64,000 nucleotides of DNA from Psilocybe cubensis (lineage: Eukaryota): assembly GCA_017499595.2 (NCBI GenBank), contig CM038999.1:62001-126000 (forward strand), read 5' to 3'. Shown here piece by piece: positions 48,601 to 62,135 of the stretch (positions within the stretch are counted from its first letter, which is position 1; each line of letters starts with the position of its first letter). The notes below the pieces were generated by a model. It searched no databases. It had not been told where the DNA came from and worked only from the letters and a program-made list of their open reading frames with translations. Both the position numbers and the translations under genes were made by a program.

Positions 48601-49019
48601 GGTGGAAGGAATGAAGGAACGCGGGCGAGGGGAGGGTGATGTCCCAGCGGGATATGTGTGGAGTGAGGAATGAGGAGAGGAAGGTGGAGGTGCTGTCTGG
48701 ACGTGGCTCTACATGGACTCGGCTCGACACAACTTGAGCTTGATGTAACCGCGCGTGAAAGAGATCCACAAGAGCAGATATTGAGAGCGACAAAATCTAG
48801 ACAAGGCAAGTAAAATGTAAGAAAAGGAAGCAAACTCAAGGAGATGCAAGGAAAAGGAAGGAAAGGGAAGAAAATGCAAGAAAAAGTTACGGAAGAGAAA
48901 GACCACTGATAAACCGCAACAACCGCAACAACACAACACTGCCCCGACATGCGAAATTCGTCGATTAGAAGTTCCAGCTCTGAATGGAGTGGGTGCGGTG
49001 CGGGAGTTGGCTTGTTGTC

Positions 49020-49990
49020 AGCCACATCCACAACAAGGCCAAACACGCCAGTTCCCAATTGTCGTTGGGCGGCGGCTTACAACTTCGTCACTCGTGCGTC
49101 TGCCTCACCTCAAATACCAATTTCTCTCTCTCCTCACCTGTCCCTTTTGCACGAATGTGTTTACCTGCATCGATTCTGCTAAGCTCCTAGTTGTGCAAAC
49201 TAAGTGTTTTCTGGAAAACCGCTTCTTCCCTCTGCGTACCAAGAGCACACACCCCAACGCTATCTTCCTCTGGCGCCACTACCACCCCCAACGATCCGGA
49301 ACACAAGTAGAAACCTACGACGGAAGGGGATAAAAGGCGGTGTGACGAGTTTTCTGCGTGTTTGCTGCATGGGAAGAGGGAGTTGGATAATGCCGTACAC
49401 AACCTCATGCGACATCGTGGGCGGAAGGTAAGGGACATGGAGGAGTATAGCATTGGTGTGGCGAAGAAGGTACGTTCACACTCCCCATTCTCCTCCTGTC
49501 TTCCAAAGTTCATCCGCGCCTCGTATCCAATGTACAGCGTCCAATACCCATATATGCATGCCTGACGCTACCCTCTGTATCTCCTACCCTTTCGTATGCC
49601 TTTAATGCAATGTACCACTGCCGCTTATCATCTACACCATTCCTGAGAGAGTTGCGCCGTCACGAACTATCGCAATTCGCCTGCTTTATCATGTCGTTTT
49701 ATGTTTGCTTAGGATGGCAGGTGGGAACACGGCTTGTCGCGCCATTTCGAGAGGCAGCTACGGCTTTTTCACGTGTAGCCATGCCAGTTCCAGAGAGCGT
49801 CCGCTTTCCCTACACAGCCCTCCTGAAGGTGGCTAAGCAGGTTGTTGAAGGTAGAGCTCCCGATGCGCTTTAACAGGGTTTTGATATGCTTTGCATCCTG
49901 TCTGTATGAATGCTTGGTTCAATGGATTTTTTCAACAGTACGTCCATCCCCCAAGCCCTCATGCCTCGTCCTATGCGCTCTCCTAATAGC
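49020..49990 (+). pseudogene. Degenerate copy A of a triplicated unknown spliced gene
   Basis: Frame ...NDPEHK*KPTTEGDKRRCDEFSACLLHGKRELDNAVHNLMR...AKK|GTACGT, later RLVAPFREAATAFSRV; in-frame TAG at 49308. Confidence 0.55.
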
Positions 49991-50039
49991 TCGACATCAA
50001 CACCGATCAAGCACCTATCTGTCAACACAATACACGCAA

Positions 50040-50990
50040 GAACAAGGGTTTCTCTCCCTCTTTCGCCACCACCATTTCCAACGATCCGGGATGCATGGAG
50101 AAATTAACAACGGAAGAGGATAAAAGGCGACGTGACGAGGTTTCTGTGTGGTCGTTGCAAGGGAAGAGGGAGTTGGATAAAGCCGTACGCAACCTTCTTT
50201 GACATCATGAGCGGAAGGTAAGAGTGACGGAGGAGTCCAGTATCGACGTTGTGAAGAAGGCACATTCGCCCCCTCGATCTCCGTCCCGTCTTTCAAAGTT
50301 CATTGGCACCTTTTCAAACTCCCATTGCTTGTTCAACGTCCTGTATCCCCTTCCGTCTTGCTATGCCTTTAATGCAATTGACCACCGCCGCTCGTCATCT
50401 ATACCGTTCCCACAAGTGTCACACCCTCACAAATTGTCGTAATTTGCCTACTTCGTCCTGTCAGTTGGAAGAACAAGTTGTCGCGCCTCTTCAAGAGGCA
50501 GCTGCCGCCTTTTCACGGGTACTCGTACAAGTTTCAGTGAGTTTCTGCATTCCCTACCCACCCCTTCTTATGGTTATTGAAAGTAGAGCTCACGACGCGC
50601 TTCAACAAGGTTTGTTTCGATATGTTTTGCATCATATTGTTAAATACATGCGTGGTTCATTGGATTTTCTTAACAGTGCATTGATTTATCAAGTCGTCAT
50701 GCATCGTACTACGCCCTCTCCTTACGGCTCGACATCACCACCAATCATGCCCAAGAAGAACTCTGGAACTACACCCTCTCGCGTCGGTTGCGTGGTTTGT
50801 CACCGGGTCGTCGCTTCCCCTCTTTGTCTCTACCTCTGTTTTGCTATTATACAGTTCAACAAGAACTCTACCAACGTGCTCTTATGCTCCCTGCAGCACA
50901 AAAACGTGAACGATGGTGCTGGCGAGTATCAGTTCTTCCCTATACCGGAGTTCATTCCTCTTGATATCACTCTTCAAGCCGCTTTAAAAT
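50040..50990 (+). pseudogene. Degenerate copy B
   Basis: Aligns by eye with 55770-56710; TGA at 50200 where copy A has CGA. Confidence 0.55.
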
Positions 50991-52744
50991 GACTCTGATA
51001 CCCAGTCCATGCGCCTTACCGAACCTCTCTGTACCACCACAACCTCGGCTCGACATCGACATCAACACTCCACCCACAAGCGCTCTCATATCCACAGTCA
51101 ACGCTGCTCCTTCTGCTCGCACTCGCATTGAAGATACAAACCTCCCCGTGTTGTCTCTTGGATATGGCCAGGGCCGCGCGAACTCTGCGCAGGGTATTTT
51201 GATGCGTCGGTGGTTCTATTCTTTCGATGGGATCTATAGGGTACTCACGATAAGACTTTGATTAGTTTATGGGCGGTGACGCTGGCCCGTAGGGGTGAAA
51301 CCACCCCTTGTTTGTTTCTCCGACTTGCGCCGCGCGAGTTGATGGGATTCTTGACGGCTGAGGTTTTTGCATGAACATGAGGTAAGAATGGGGAGTGGGT
51401 AACTGGTAGCTTCTCCTTGTCAATGGTTTAGGCTTTGGTTCTGCCATAATCTTCACCACTTTGGTCTCTTTTATGCCCCCCACTGGCACCGTTATCACTA
51501 GCACCGTCAACTACACCATTTTCCGCTTCCCCCACTCCCACTCCACCTCATTGATGCAGTCATGAACGAAAATATCACGACTGCTTTCCAACTGAGGAGA
51601 GTCCCCTGCGTCAACAAGGATAAAGAAAGTTTGCATAGCGGCCAACTGAGCTCCACGAAACTCTATACTGACCACTCTCCACCACCACCACCTCCATTAG
51701 CACCACGCACCTTTCACATCCTCGTCAGTTTCGGGCAAATAGAAAAATCAGTGCATCCAAGTGCATGCACTTGGGTGCGGGGGTATGTGGATAGGAGATA
51801 GGAGGGTTAAAGGTCGGATTATAAAGGTACATCGATTCACATGTCACTTTTCCGAGCGCCTCATTTCATTGCTTGCGTTTTATACGTCACACGAGTCTCC
51901 TACACCTTCCTATACCATATTCCTGTATACACACTCTCTTCAACATCTTCTGATCTCTTATTCCCCTTCCCTGGCATTGTCATCCCGTATAAACCAATAC
52001 TTCATATCATATATTTTTAGAAGCTGGTTACTCGCTACGTCTAGCATATCCTTCGTATTCCTTCTACCTCAAAATTTTCCTGAACGCACATCAGTAATGC
52101 CTGAGTTTCAATATATAAGTGCTATAACGTCACGCCACAGTCGTTCAAGTGATTAGTGCAAAAAGTGTCAAACGATTACAAGTAAGGTGATCTAGAACTT
52201 CGCTTATCGTAGTAGTGTATATCTCGGTGAAGTCTAGGTAGACAACATTCAATTTTAGCACCCAGAAGATGCCTCGATTCTGACTAGAAAGATTGTTCGC
52301 TGTCAACAAAATGGTAATGTGATGCTCAGTAGACCAATTTAAAGTACTAGGGGATATTATAGATTGCACTGATACGTGCGATTTAGACATTATAATACTC
52401 AGAAGAGTCTGCCAGATGCATGACACATGACTGCTGCTCCAATCTGCGGCTGCGGTGTCCAATGGATAAGATATTCCAATACTTCGTTAAAGACATTATG
52501 TGGCGTATCAAAAAGATTTCTTTCGGTATCTACGAACTAAGAGAGTCGCCAAACATAGGTCAAAATTTTCGCAATCTAGCTATCATAGGAAAACAAACCA
52601 AAGCAGACGACCTATAAAGCCGAAATTTGACCTGGATAATTGCTCAAGTGATAATTCCAACAAAATTGTAAGTTCAGTGTACAACAAAATTTCTACCGAC
52701 ATGCTTGAGATACTGATAACAATCTTGACAGAGAAACTTACAAA

Positions 52745-53050
52745 ATGAAGTTTTCAATCTCCTTCTTCTTGGTGGCAGTCACCTCTGTCGCATTTGCTGC
52801 TGAGAGCATTGATAAAGCGACAGATTTATCCGCCTTGTCTGACGCTGAACTCGCAGCTCAGGGATGCTATTGGGATGGAACTGCACCGTTCTGCAACGGT
52901 TCTTGCAAAGGAAAAAATGTAGGCTGGTCGGGTGACGCTCAAACATGCATAGGGTGCAATAGCGATTACGTCGAAACCGAAAGGTCTGATTGCGGGAATG
53001 GCGCCTGCTGCTGGACTGGCCAGAAGGTCCTTTGCTGCCAAGATGTATGA
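52745..53050 (+). CDS. Secreted cysteine-rich prepropeptide, 101 aa (paralog 1)
   Basis: Signal peptide MKFSISFFLVAVTSVAFA, acidic pro-region, 10-Cys domain QGCYWDGTAPFC...CCWTGQKVLCC. TATA ~52613; 5'-UTR intron 52668-52731. Confidence 0.92.
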   Translation: MKFSISFFLVAVTSVAFAAESIDKATDLSALSDAELAAQGCYWDGTAPFCNGSCKGKNVGWSGDAQTCIGCNSDYVETERSDCGNGACCWTGQKVLCCQDV

Positions 53051-54710
53051 ATTCTTACACATTCATGCCGATTGTCCTCTGTACAGTACACGGTTGAATT
53101 AAAACTGTTTCAGTGCGCATAAATGACTTGTATGCATGTCCTTGTGGGAGGTGGGCGGCAAGTGTTAGATGTACTAATGATGAATAGAGTTAGGGCTATA
53201 TAATCACGAAGCAGTAAGCATTCAGTGGCATTTGATCATTGACAAAGAAAACCGTGGGACTATATATTTTGAGCCAAACTGAACTATCTCACAACTAAGC
53301 ACATACCTTTACAGGTGCAAATGTGGTCAGCAGGAACACAGGTCTCTACCGCAATTCACTCCAACTCGACAAACCGTACACAGTTGTTTCACTGTTTTTT
53401 GGGAACCCCACCACGCATAGGACGGATTATCGAGTTGCCTTATGGGAAAGGTAAACCAAGGACACCGTCACTGGATTTGATTGTGCACGTAAAGATGAAG
53501 ATTTGTAAAGGGCGATGGCGGTAGCGGCGGGCAGGAATGCTATTAATATTATATTAGTAGTATTTTTATTTTATAGTTTTGATTTGGGGAGTATGGTCAA
53601 TCGGATACGAGAGTGACGAGCGCGGTGTGGGGGAATAAACCCAGTGAAAATGAGGTAGGGGAATACATATCCTCCATCGTTATCTCTTTTTTCAACAGGT
53701 GCACTCTACCTCCCAACACGCATTAAACCTCTCTGAGATAAAGTCGGACCCAACGTTGAAAAAATCGATTTGGGAAAATGAACATACCAAAGAGATGGAT
53801 CGGGAGTACATGATTTTGCTCCTGCAGAGGTAGATAGGTGACTGACGTTCTTCCCGGTTACGATGGATGTGTTAAGGTAGGATCCCACGCCACAGCAACT
53901 ACTAATTTTTGCATGTATACTACACGCACAGACAGAACGATGACTCACCTCCCCGCCACTGATGACAAATATTGATTTGGAAAAGGAGGATACAAAAGAC
54001 GATGAACTAGATACCAAATCCACTCAATTCCATAGCGATGCGCTACAGTGGTGTAAGGAATTAGTGAAAAAGGTGTTATACAGTGACCTAGAGCTCTGGT
54101 TAGCGTAGCAAATACATGCCGCCTTACACTGTCAAAGATTCTGTCGGGCCCGTATACATGCTCTGAACGCCGCAATGGACACCTTTAGACACTATCTTGC
54201 TCGCTGTCGTAGGATTGTAGCTGATTGATAGGGTATATACCGAGTAATCACGTACCCGTTGAGATACAGGCGCATTTATGGTTGATGTTTAGGAGGTCAA
54301 TTTGAAGTACTATGATATGGTACAGAGTGCCCTGATCCGTCGACCATGCTATTTCAGACATGAATAGAAGTCAGCCTGACGTATAGGACGACATTGCCAT
54401 TCAAATTTACGGCAGCAGTTTCAAATGATAGGCCAATTGCAGTACTTGCTCAGAAGCATTATTGGAGTCTCTTAGAGGTTTTGTTAACCGGATATATGAT
54501 GTCATGATGCCTGTAGAAATAGGTTGTGAAACTCGAAAATCTGGGTAATATAGGCAAATAACCCGGTGCAGTTTTCCTATAAAGAGACCACTCGACCGTG
54601 ATAATTGCTCAAGCAATAAACTCAAAGAAATTGTGAGTTCATCATCCACATAAATTTTTATTCACATTCTCAAGAGACTGATAATAACCTTGTCAGAAAA
54701 GCTTACCAGA

Positions 54711-55016
54711 ATGAAGTTCTCAATCACCTTCTTCTTAATGGCAATGACCTCTGTCGCATTTGCGGCTGAGAGCATTGATAAAGCGAAAGATTTATCAGCC
54801 TTGTCAGACAGCGAACTCGCAGCTCAGGGTTGCTATTGGGACGGCACTGCGCCGTTCTGCGATGGTTCATGCAAAAGCAGAAATTCAGGTTGGTCGAGGG
54901 CATCTCAAACCTGCATAGGATGCAACGACGACTACGTCGAAACCGAACGATCCGATTGCGGGAACGGCAATTGCTGCATGACGGGCCAGAAGGTCCTTTG
55001 CTGCCAAAGGGTATAA
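54711..55016 (+). CDS. Secreted cysteine-rich prepropeptide, 101 aa (paralog 2)
   Basis: Same architecture; ATG at 54711 (the ORF track starts at an upstream TTG); 5'-UTR intron 54633-54696. Confidence 0.92.
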   Translation: MKFSITFFLMAMTSVAFAAESIDKAKDLSALSDSELAAQGCYWDGTAPFCDGSCKSRNSGWSRASQTCIGCNDDYVETERSDCGNGNCCMTGQKVLCCQRV

Positions 55017-55169
55017 ATCCAATTAATTATTCATGCCGATTGTTCTCTATAAAGTACACGGTTGAATTCAAACCATTTCTGTGCTTCTAAAAGTGTTGTG
55101 AGTGTTGTATAATTAGGAGGCATATGAGATCAGAGAAAAGCATGACTGTTCTTTATTACTCATTGGGTC

Positions 55170-56710
55170 CGCCACGTTCACAACAAGGCCAAACACGCCA
55201 TCGCCGTCTGCGCAGTTCACCGCCACTACCTCCGACGACTCAAGACGCAGAGAGACGCAGTGCCGACGGACAAGGATGAGAAATCGCGCAACGCGGCTGT
55301 TGCGCTGTCCTTTGAGGGGAGGAAGTGTCAGGAGCTTGCACTCCGCATACAATATCAACCGATAAACACACCTTAGACTAGACGAGGATATCCTCCCATA
55401 TTCCACCTACAAACGACCCCACTCTCGCTTCTACTCTTGATGATTAACATCACTCCCACACTCGACCTCCGTCCAGGCTCCACTCGTGAGCATCAATCCT
55501 ATGGATTTTACCGCTCAGAAGTCCGATAACAGTTTGAATATGCAAAGTTGTTTAATTTCTCAAATCAGGCCTGGCTTCCCAATTGTCGGCGGCGGCGTCA
55601 TACAACATCGTGCGTCTACCTCATCTCAACCACCAATCTCTCCCTTCTTTCCTGTTCCGTTTGCACCGATGTGTTTATCTGCATCGAGTCCGCTGAGCTG
55701 CTAGTTGTCCGGACCATGTAGTTCCTGGAAAACCGCTTCTTCCCTAGGCGCACCAAGGACATACACCCCAACGGTTTCTCTCCCTCTTTTGCCACCACCA
55801 TTTCCAACGATCCGGGATACTTGGAGAAACCAACAACAGAAGAGGATAAAAGGCGGCGTGACGAGGTTTCTGTGTGGTTGTTGCAAGGGAAGAGGGAGTT
55901 GGATAAAGCCGTACGCAACCTTCTTTGACGTCGTGAGCGGAAGGTAAGAGTGACGAACAAGTCCAGTATCGACGTGGTGAAGAAGGCACATTCGCGCACC
56001 CCATCTCCGTACCATCTTTCAAAGTTCATTGGCCCCTTTTCAAACTCCCATTGTGTGTCCAACGTCTTGTATCCCCTTCCCCATGCCATGACTTTAATAC
56101 AATCTACCACCGCCGCTCGTCATCTATACGGTTCCCGCAAGTGTCACACCCTCACAAATTGTCGTAATTCGCCTACTTCGACCTGTCAATTGGAAGGACA
56201 GCTTGTCTCCCCCCTTCGAGAGGCAGCTTCCGCCTTTTCACGTGTACTCGTACAAGTTTCAGTGAGTGTCTGTTTTCCCTACCCACCCCTTCTCAAAGTT
56301 GTTGAAGGTAGAGGTCACGACGCGCTTTAGCAAGGTTTGTTTTGATATGTTTTGCATCTTATTTGTTAAATATATGCGTGGTTCAATTCATTTTTTCAAC
56401 AATGCTTTCATCCATCAAGTCGTTATGCATTTATGCGTCATACTACGCACTCTCCTGACGATTCGACATCAACGCCGACCAAGCACCTATTTACCAACAC
56501 CATACATGCATGAACAAGTCTGGAATGGAACCCTCTCGCGTCGATTGCGTGGTTCATCACCGGGTCGCTTCCCCTCGGCACTCTACCGACTCGTTCCCAT
56601 CCTTCTTGCAGTACAAAAACATGAGCGATGGTGCTGGCGAGTATCAGTTCTTCCCCTCATCGGAGTTCACTCCTCTTGATCTCTCTCTACCAGCCGCTTA
56701 TAAATTACTT
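55170..56710 (+). pseudogene. Degenerate copy C, with a ~375-bp insertion relative to copy A
   Basis: CACAACAAGGCCAAACACGCCA and TTCCCAATTGTCG are adjacent near 49030-49065 but separated (55200 vs 55576) here; TGA at 55926. Confidence 0.55.
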
Positions 56711-57577
56711 TCTTCCAGGTTATGCCTCCTATAATAACCGCATTGGCCCACCTACAGAGGTTTATGATGTTGTACAACATGTGTATAGTCAACATAAATC
56801 TGTGTGATGGATGATCTGATTTTATTATCACTTGTTGTAGATGCTGGAATACAGATACCATTCTGGGGGGATTAGGTAAAAGCGATTGAATGACTAGTAC
56901 TCGAAATCAACGCTCAATGTTAGTCGAACACTTTAACCGTCGAAGACCGTGAATTCAAAAATCTGCGCCTAATTAGGTCATGTGGTGTCTAGGGACGACG
57001 CGTCGCGACTGACAGGGGAAAGACCGTGCTTACATGTGCAAACTGATAAGATCTCTCTGATTCCCCACGGATGTGCACACAACAACGTAACTACACAGCG
57101 TTGGGTGTCGCTATCAGATGTCGAAGATATTCTCAGGCCTTTTGACAGTGTGGCAAATTTATACTTTTGTCGATGACGAAGAGCCAGTTCTTGCAAACAC
57201 TGTGTGGAGAATTGATTACAATTTTCAGTAGTTAAAAGATAACGAGGAGATTAAGCAATTAAACAAGATTACATCGTTGTTCGCCATGAGGTTGGGTGAA
57301 CGAGACTTCATATAACATGCGCCTTGTTGAAAGCTGTAAAGTCAGAGCGCAGTCTTGCATATACGTCCTGTGCGCCGGTAAAGAAGAGTCTGGCATGGGA
57401 ATCCATCATCAAATCATCGGAATACTTACACGTTGTAAGCATAAGTCATAACCCAGTTCACCGGATAAAGAGCTGGAGCCTGGGACTTTCTATACACATA
57501 TTTGAGTACCATTGTTCCCTTTCGACAGATTATTCCTCCCCTCTTCCACCATCCGTCAACCACTCGACGTCCCAATT

Positions 57578-59298
57578 ATGCCATATTCCGACTTCAATTT
57601 GTCTGACCTGCAAGACTACGTGCCACATAACCCATGCGATGACAACCGCTACCTTGGTGCATTGAGTGGCGCCTCGTATGCAGCCAGAGACAGTAATCCC
57701 GTTGAAGCCATCGATACACCTCTTCTTGACCCCACTTTTCAATTCTGTGCGGATGTGTTGAGCAGTATATCGCGACTTTTTCCGGGCCTACGCACCTACC
57801 ATGAAACAAAATTCAAAGATACAAGAGGGGCTACCATTGATGAGGTCGAGGTACAAGGTCCAGCCACAAGGGGCGCAAGCTCGAGACATCAGGATAATCA
57901 CCAGCCAATCCCTGGTGAAATCGAGGGTTTCCACAACCGTTATACAGTATATGCCACTCCATCGGCATATACCAGCAGTCAATATGAGATACTATCCCCT
58001 CCAGCGATGGTACCCGTACATACAAGCTCCTTACAGGAGCTAATCAACTGTCGGGATGCGACTTCCGAAGGAAGTAGGCGTGAACCGTCAGTCCTAAAGT
58101 CCCATATGTGATAGCCCTATTGACAACAACTTTCTCATTTAGATCAACGTCGCCTTCAATACCAGCAATGGGACAGCCAGGTCCCTCTCATTGGCATCAA
58201 GATCGATTTGACGAGCCGTTCCATCATCACCCATCAGTTCATCCACAGATAGAACCATCCGCGCTTCACCTGGATTCAGAGAGCACGGGTTTTTCAACCC
58301 ACCAAACAGTACCCGATGCCGTCGACGGTACTTTGAGTCATCTGGATAACGGGAAGAGTATGTTTGTTTAACTATAAACCTAATGACTATTGCTGATCTC
58401 ATCATTTGCAGACCTAATGCTTGACCAGCATACGGCGCCCATCGAGAATGTGGATGGCAATGATATGTCAGTCTTACCAGTACATTCACGACAGCTTTGG
58501 TCAAAAAAGAGCATTAGTTTCAAGACATATCCTCAGCCTCTATACATAGGGGGAAGCACACATACAGCCCAGCATCAGGGCATATTTTCCGACAATTCTC
58601 AGTCATGGTTGGACGTGGGAGAGGATTCCAATGCCACCCATGGTCCATCAATGTGTTTTTCCTCGAGAAGAGAGGAAAACAAAACACTAGTATCCGTCAT
58701 CGATGGAAGCGACAGACGCCGCTCCGGGCACACAAAGGAGCCCGTAGAGCAACAAGACATCAACAAAGTCCAAACAAATGACGGAGGGTATGAATTTTGT
58801 CTTCCTCTCTTCATCGTAGACACTAACGCTGCTTTCTTGAATACAGACACGGAGAGCGGAGGATGGTAGGGCATGGCCAAACAATTGGGAGGTATGATCA
58901 TCAGCAATTACTTCGAGGCTGCGAGCTCACGAGGAAAAATATTTGTTTCCAGTGGTGAAAGCGGGTCTCGAAAGAGACAACGCGAGGAGTCTGACTCGGA
59001 GATGGAGTCAGCTGGAGGCTCCCACAAGCCCAAGAAACCCAAAGTAAAGGAGTCCCCGGACTCCGTGCCAGGAGACCAAAGCACAGGGGTGCAGGGCGCC
59101 AGGGGGAAGCGCAGAAACCTGAACCCGAGGGCTCCAGCAATGATGAAGTTGTACGCACACAACTTGACGCCACTGACGACGCCTGAGGCCAAGGAAGGTG
59201 GATTTGTCCCACTCGTCACCGCAGACACAAAAGCGGCTAGCAAGGCGTTTAGCAGCCACCAAATGTCCGTCGACATGGACAGTATGACTATAGTGTAA
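57578..59298 (+). CDS. Hypothetical low-complexity multi-exon protein (possibly decayed)
   Basis: Successive plus-strand ORF blocks separated by intron-sized gaps with CTAAT/CTAAC and YAG; basic NLS-like RKRQRE/KPKKPK. Splice phases not fully resolved and 3' end uncertain. Confidence 0.45.
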
Positions 59299-61270
59299 GT
59301 GTTTTTTTGATTCCGCATCGCTCAGATAAGATAGTGACTTACATGCCGTGATTTTCAAAGGACCGGTTGCCCCGATGAACCACAACGGAAAAGCTCCAGA
59401 GGACGCGGGAAGTCAAAGGCCATTCAGTGATGGGGTAGCGGAAAACGCCATCGCGTATGATAGTCAGTCAGTAGATGGTAGAGCACGTCGTCAACGGCGG
59501 TATAATGCCAATTTTTTTTTGATCTCGCACGTTTTATCAGTTCCGCTCATCGATGAGCCGCGTTGATTTCTCACGGCGAGTTTCGGCAGCGACGTTCACT
59601 GCAACTTGCCCATCGCTTATTATTCGTGACTTAATTCGTTACTCGAAAATGTGATATGCAACGACGTGGGGCAGGTGTTGGGAATACGGAGGGAACGATG
59701 TGTTGGCAGGGGGTGGTTGCAATGTGAGGGTGGGATGTGGAGATGAGTACGGGATGTGGATGGGGAGGGTGGAAACATACTCACATTGCGAAAGCAGTGC
59801 AATGGGCATATGAAAGAGCGTATCGAGCTGACAGTACACGACGCTAGCGTTGTCGCTGAGCGCTAAACGGAGATATAGTACGCGTGTCGAGCGCTTGAAA
59901 GAACGAAGACGGGGTATTGCGGGTCTAGATGTGAATCGACGTGGATTGGTATAGTGCGTTCATAGTTGAATGGCATGTCGAGAGCTAGTTTGAAGATTAG
60001 GTAGGAAACAGAAGGCTCATCGCGCATCGCATGACTTTTGTCGGTTCCCTTAGTTCATAAACGATCGGTTCCCGTAGTTCATAAATGAGAAACCACAAAA
60101 TCTGTTCAGAATATTTTTGTTGCCATGTCCCGTGTATGGCATGGATCAGCACAGTGTAACAATTGGCCGTGGCACTGATGTTGGGATATAACGGCCTATG
60201 ACATTGCGCCGTACTCGCTTAGGGAGTTAGTAAAAAAATCGGCACACAAATGCAAGTGAGGTTGCGCTTTGGCTTAGCAGTATATAACTTGGTGAAGTCT
60301 TTGTGGGAGTTCTTTTAATTCTTAGTGCCCATTAGACGCCTGATTTCACACTTAGCAAACCTTTCTTCATAAAACAACCGTTAATTGATAAAAATACTAC
60401 TTGTATCCAGTAACGGTGATAATCCGCATTGTCTATCTCGCTCCCTTACCAATAGATGATGCACTGTGGTTCAATTTTAAGTACTACAAGACGCAATGGG
60501 TTGCCTCAGCCTGACGACTGGGACAAAGACGTGTTCCGCCGCAATCGTCTCTCCCAGATCCCAAACCCATTACCATACCACTCCAATATCTTGAAAACTA
60601 GTCATAAACACGATTATCCTGCAGGTGTATATAAGGCGTATACCGACGGTTTGTTAGTTATTCGTGACTACAGGAATCTTTACCTATTCGACATTGGAGC
60701 TCCGATTTGCGGCGACAGTCTAGATTAGATTGGGTGGGTATGCATGTTTGTTACTTGATTCTTTTTCATTGTTACCTACTCAAGACTGCTTTTCTCAATT
60801 TGCGGCGTGGGTTTCCAATGAACAAGGATGAGTAGACATTTGTCTCCGAGTTCTGACTCGTTTGAATCTCGACCTGCTCGATACCGCCACTCCGAATTGC
60901 GGCGGCGGCAGTTTTGTATGGAAAGGGAGAGAATATATGATATAGCTGCTCTAATTTACGGCGGCGGGTTTCGAACAATTGGGAGAGTTTTGTACTGCTT
61001 CAACGCATTACGCGTTATGTGGCGTCTCTTAGAGAGGATTTTTGTCAGTTTCTATCAACTAAGGAGACAGAAAAAATGTAAGACGGAAACGACCGAAGCC
61101 AGGTAGTATAAGGTAAGTACCTTGTGGTGGTTATCCTATAAAGCCACATTTCTATCCAGATAATTGCTCAAGCAACAATTTGTTTTGAATTGTAAGTTCA
61201 TCGCACACCAAAATCCGTATTTACTTGCTCGAGAGACTGATAACCAAACTTGACAGAGAAACTTGCAAGC

Positions 61271-61576
61271 ATGAAATTTTCAACCACCTTCTTATTCCTG
61301 GCAGTCATCTCTGTTGCATATGCGACTGAGAACATCAACGAAGCGACAGATTCGACTGCCCTATCCGACGCCGAGCTCGCGGCTCAAGGATGCTACTGGG
61401 ACGGTACTGCGCCGTTCTGCGACGGTTCATGCAAAGGCAGAAACGTAGGCTGGTCGAGGGCATCTCAGACATGTATAGGGTGCAACAACCAATACGTCGA
61501 GACAAAAACATCCGATTGCGGGAACGGCAAGTGCTGCTTGACTGGCCACAAGGTTCTTTGCTGCCAGAAGTTATAA
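61271..61576 (+). CDS. Secreted cysteine-rich prepropeptide, 101 aa (paralog 3)
   Basis: Same architecture; ATG at 61271; 5'-UTR intron 61192-61256. Confidence 0.92.
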   Translation: MKFSTTFLFLAVISVAYATENINEATDSTALSDAELAAQGCYWDGTAPFCDGSCKGRNVGWSRASQTCIGCNNQYVETKTSDCGNGKCCLTGHKVLCCQKL

Positions 61577-62135
61577 AGTCTACGTGATTGCCACAACCAT
61601 TCATACCGATTGTTCGTTGTAGAGTACACGGTTGAATTAAAACCATTTCTGTGTTTCTAAAACCGTTGGGTGTTTAAGCTCTCCATGGACGACATGCAGT
61701 CCGGCCCGAAATCGAACCCGCACTCATACTTGAGTTGCAGGCCGTCGCTTCGCACGGCGGTACGAGTCCTTGATTTTCTGTCTGTGATTTCACATTTACA
61801 GAGTAGAATTAAATTGTGCGACTGTAATCTGCCATCTTTCCTGCTGACGCGAAGTATTGCTTCGCTTCTTTAAAACCAGGTAGAAAAGTGACCGATAGTG
61901 GAATTGCACTTTTTTGATTGGTGTTGCGTAAGTGTGTCAGTCAGTTTCAGACATGGCATTCATTAATAGATAGCTATACAATTTGGGTGCATTTCGTGCA
62001 TTCCACTAGGAAATCCAGATGTAGATTTGAAATCAATATTACTGGGTAGAGGAACCTGACCAAAACAGAATCAAGTACACCGCAAGAATGCAGCACGAGA
62101 TATTCAGTCCTCGACCTCGCGCATACGATGCCCAT

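Noticed and set aside
47960-49060. ORFs upstream of the NLR as a candidate amyloid-linked effector
   Set aside because: Low-complexity translations with no HeLo-like domain or matching motif seen.
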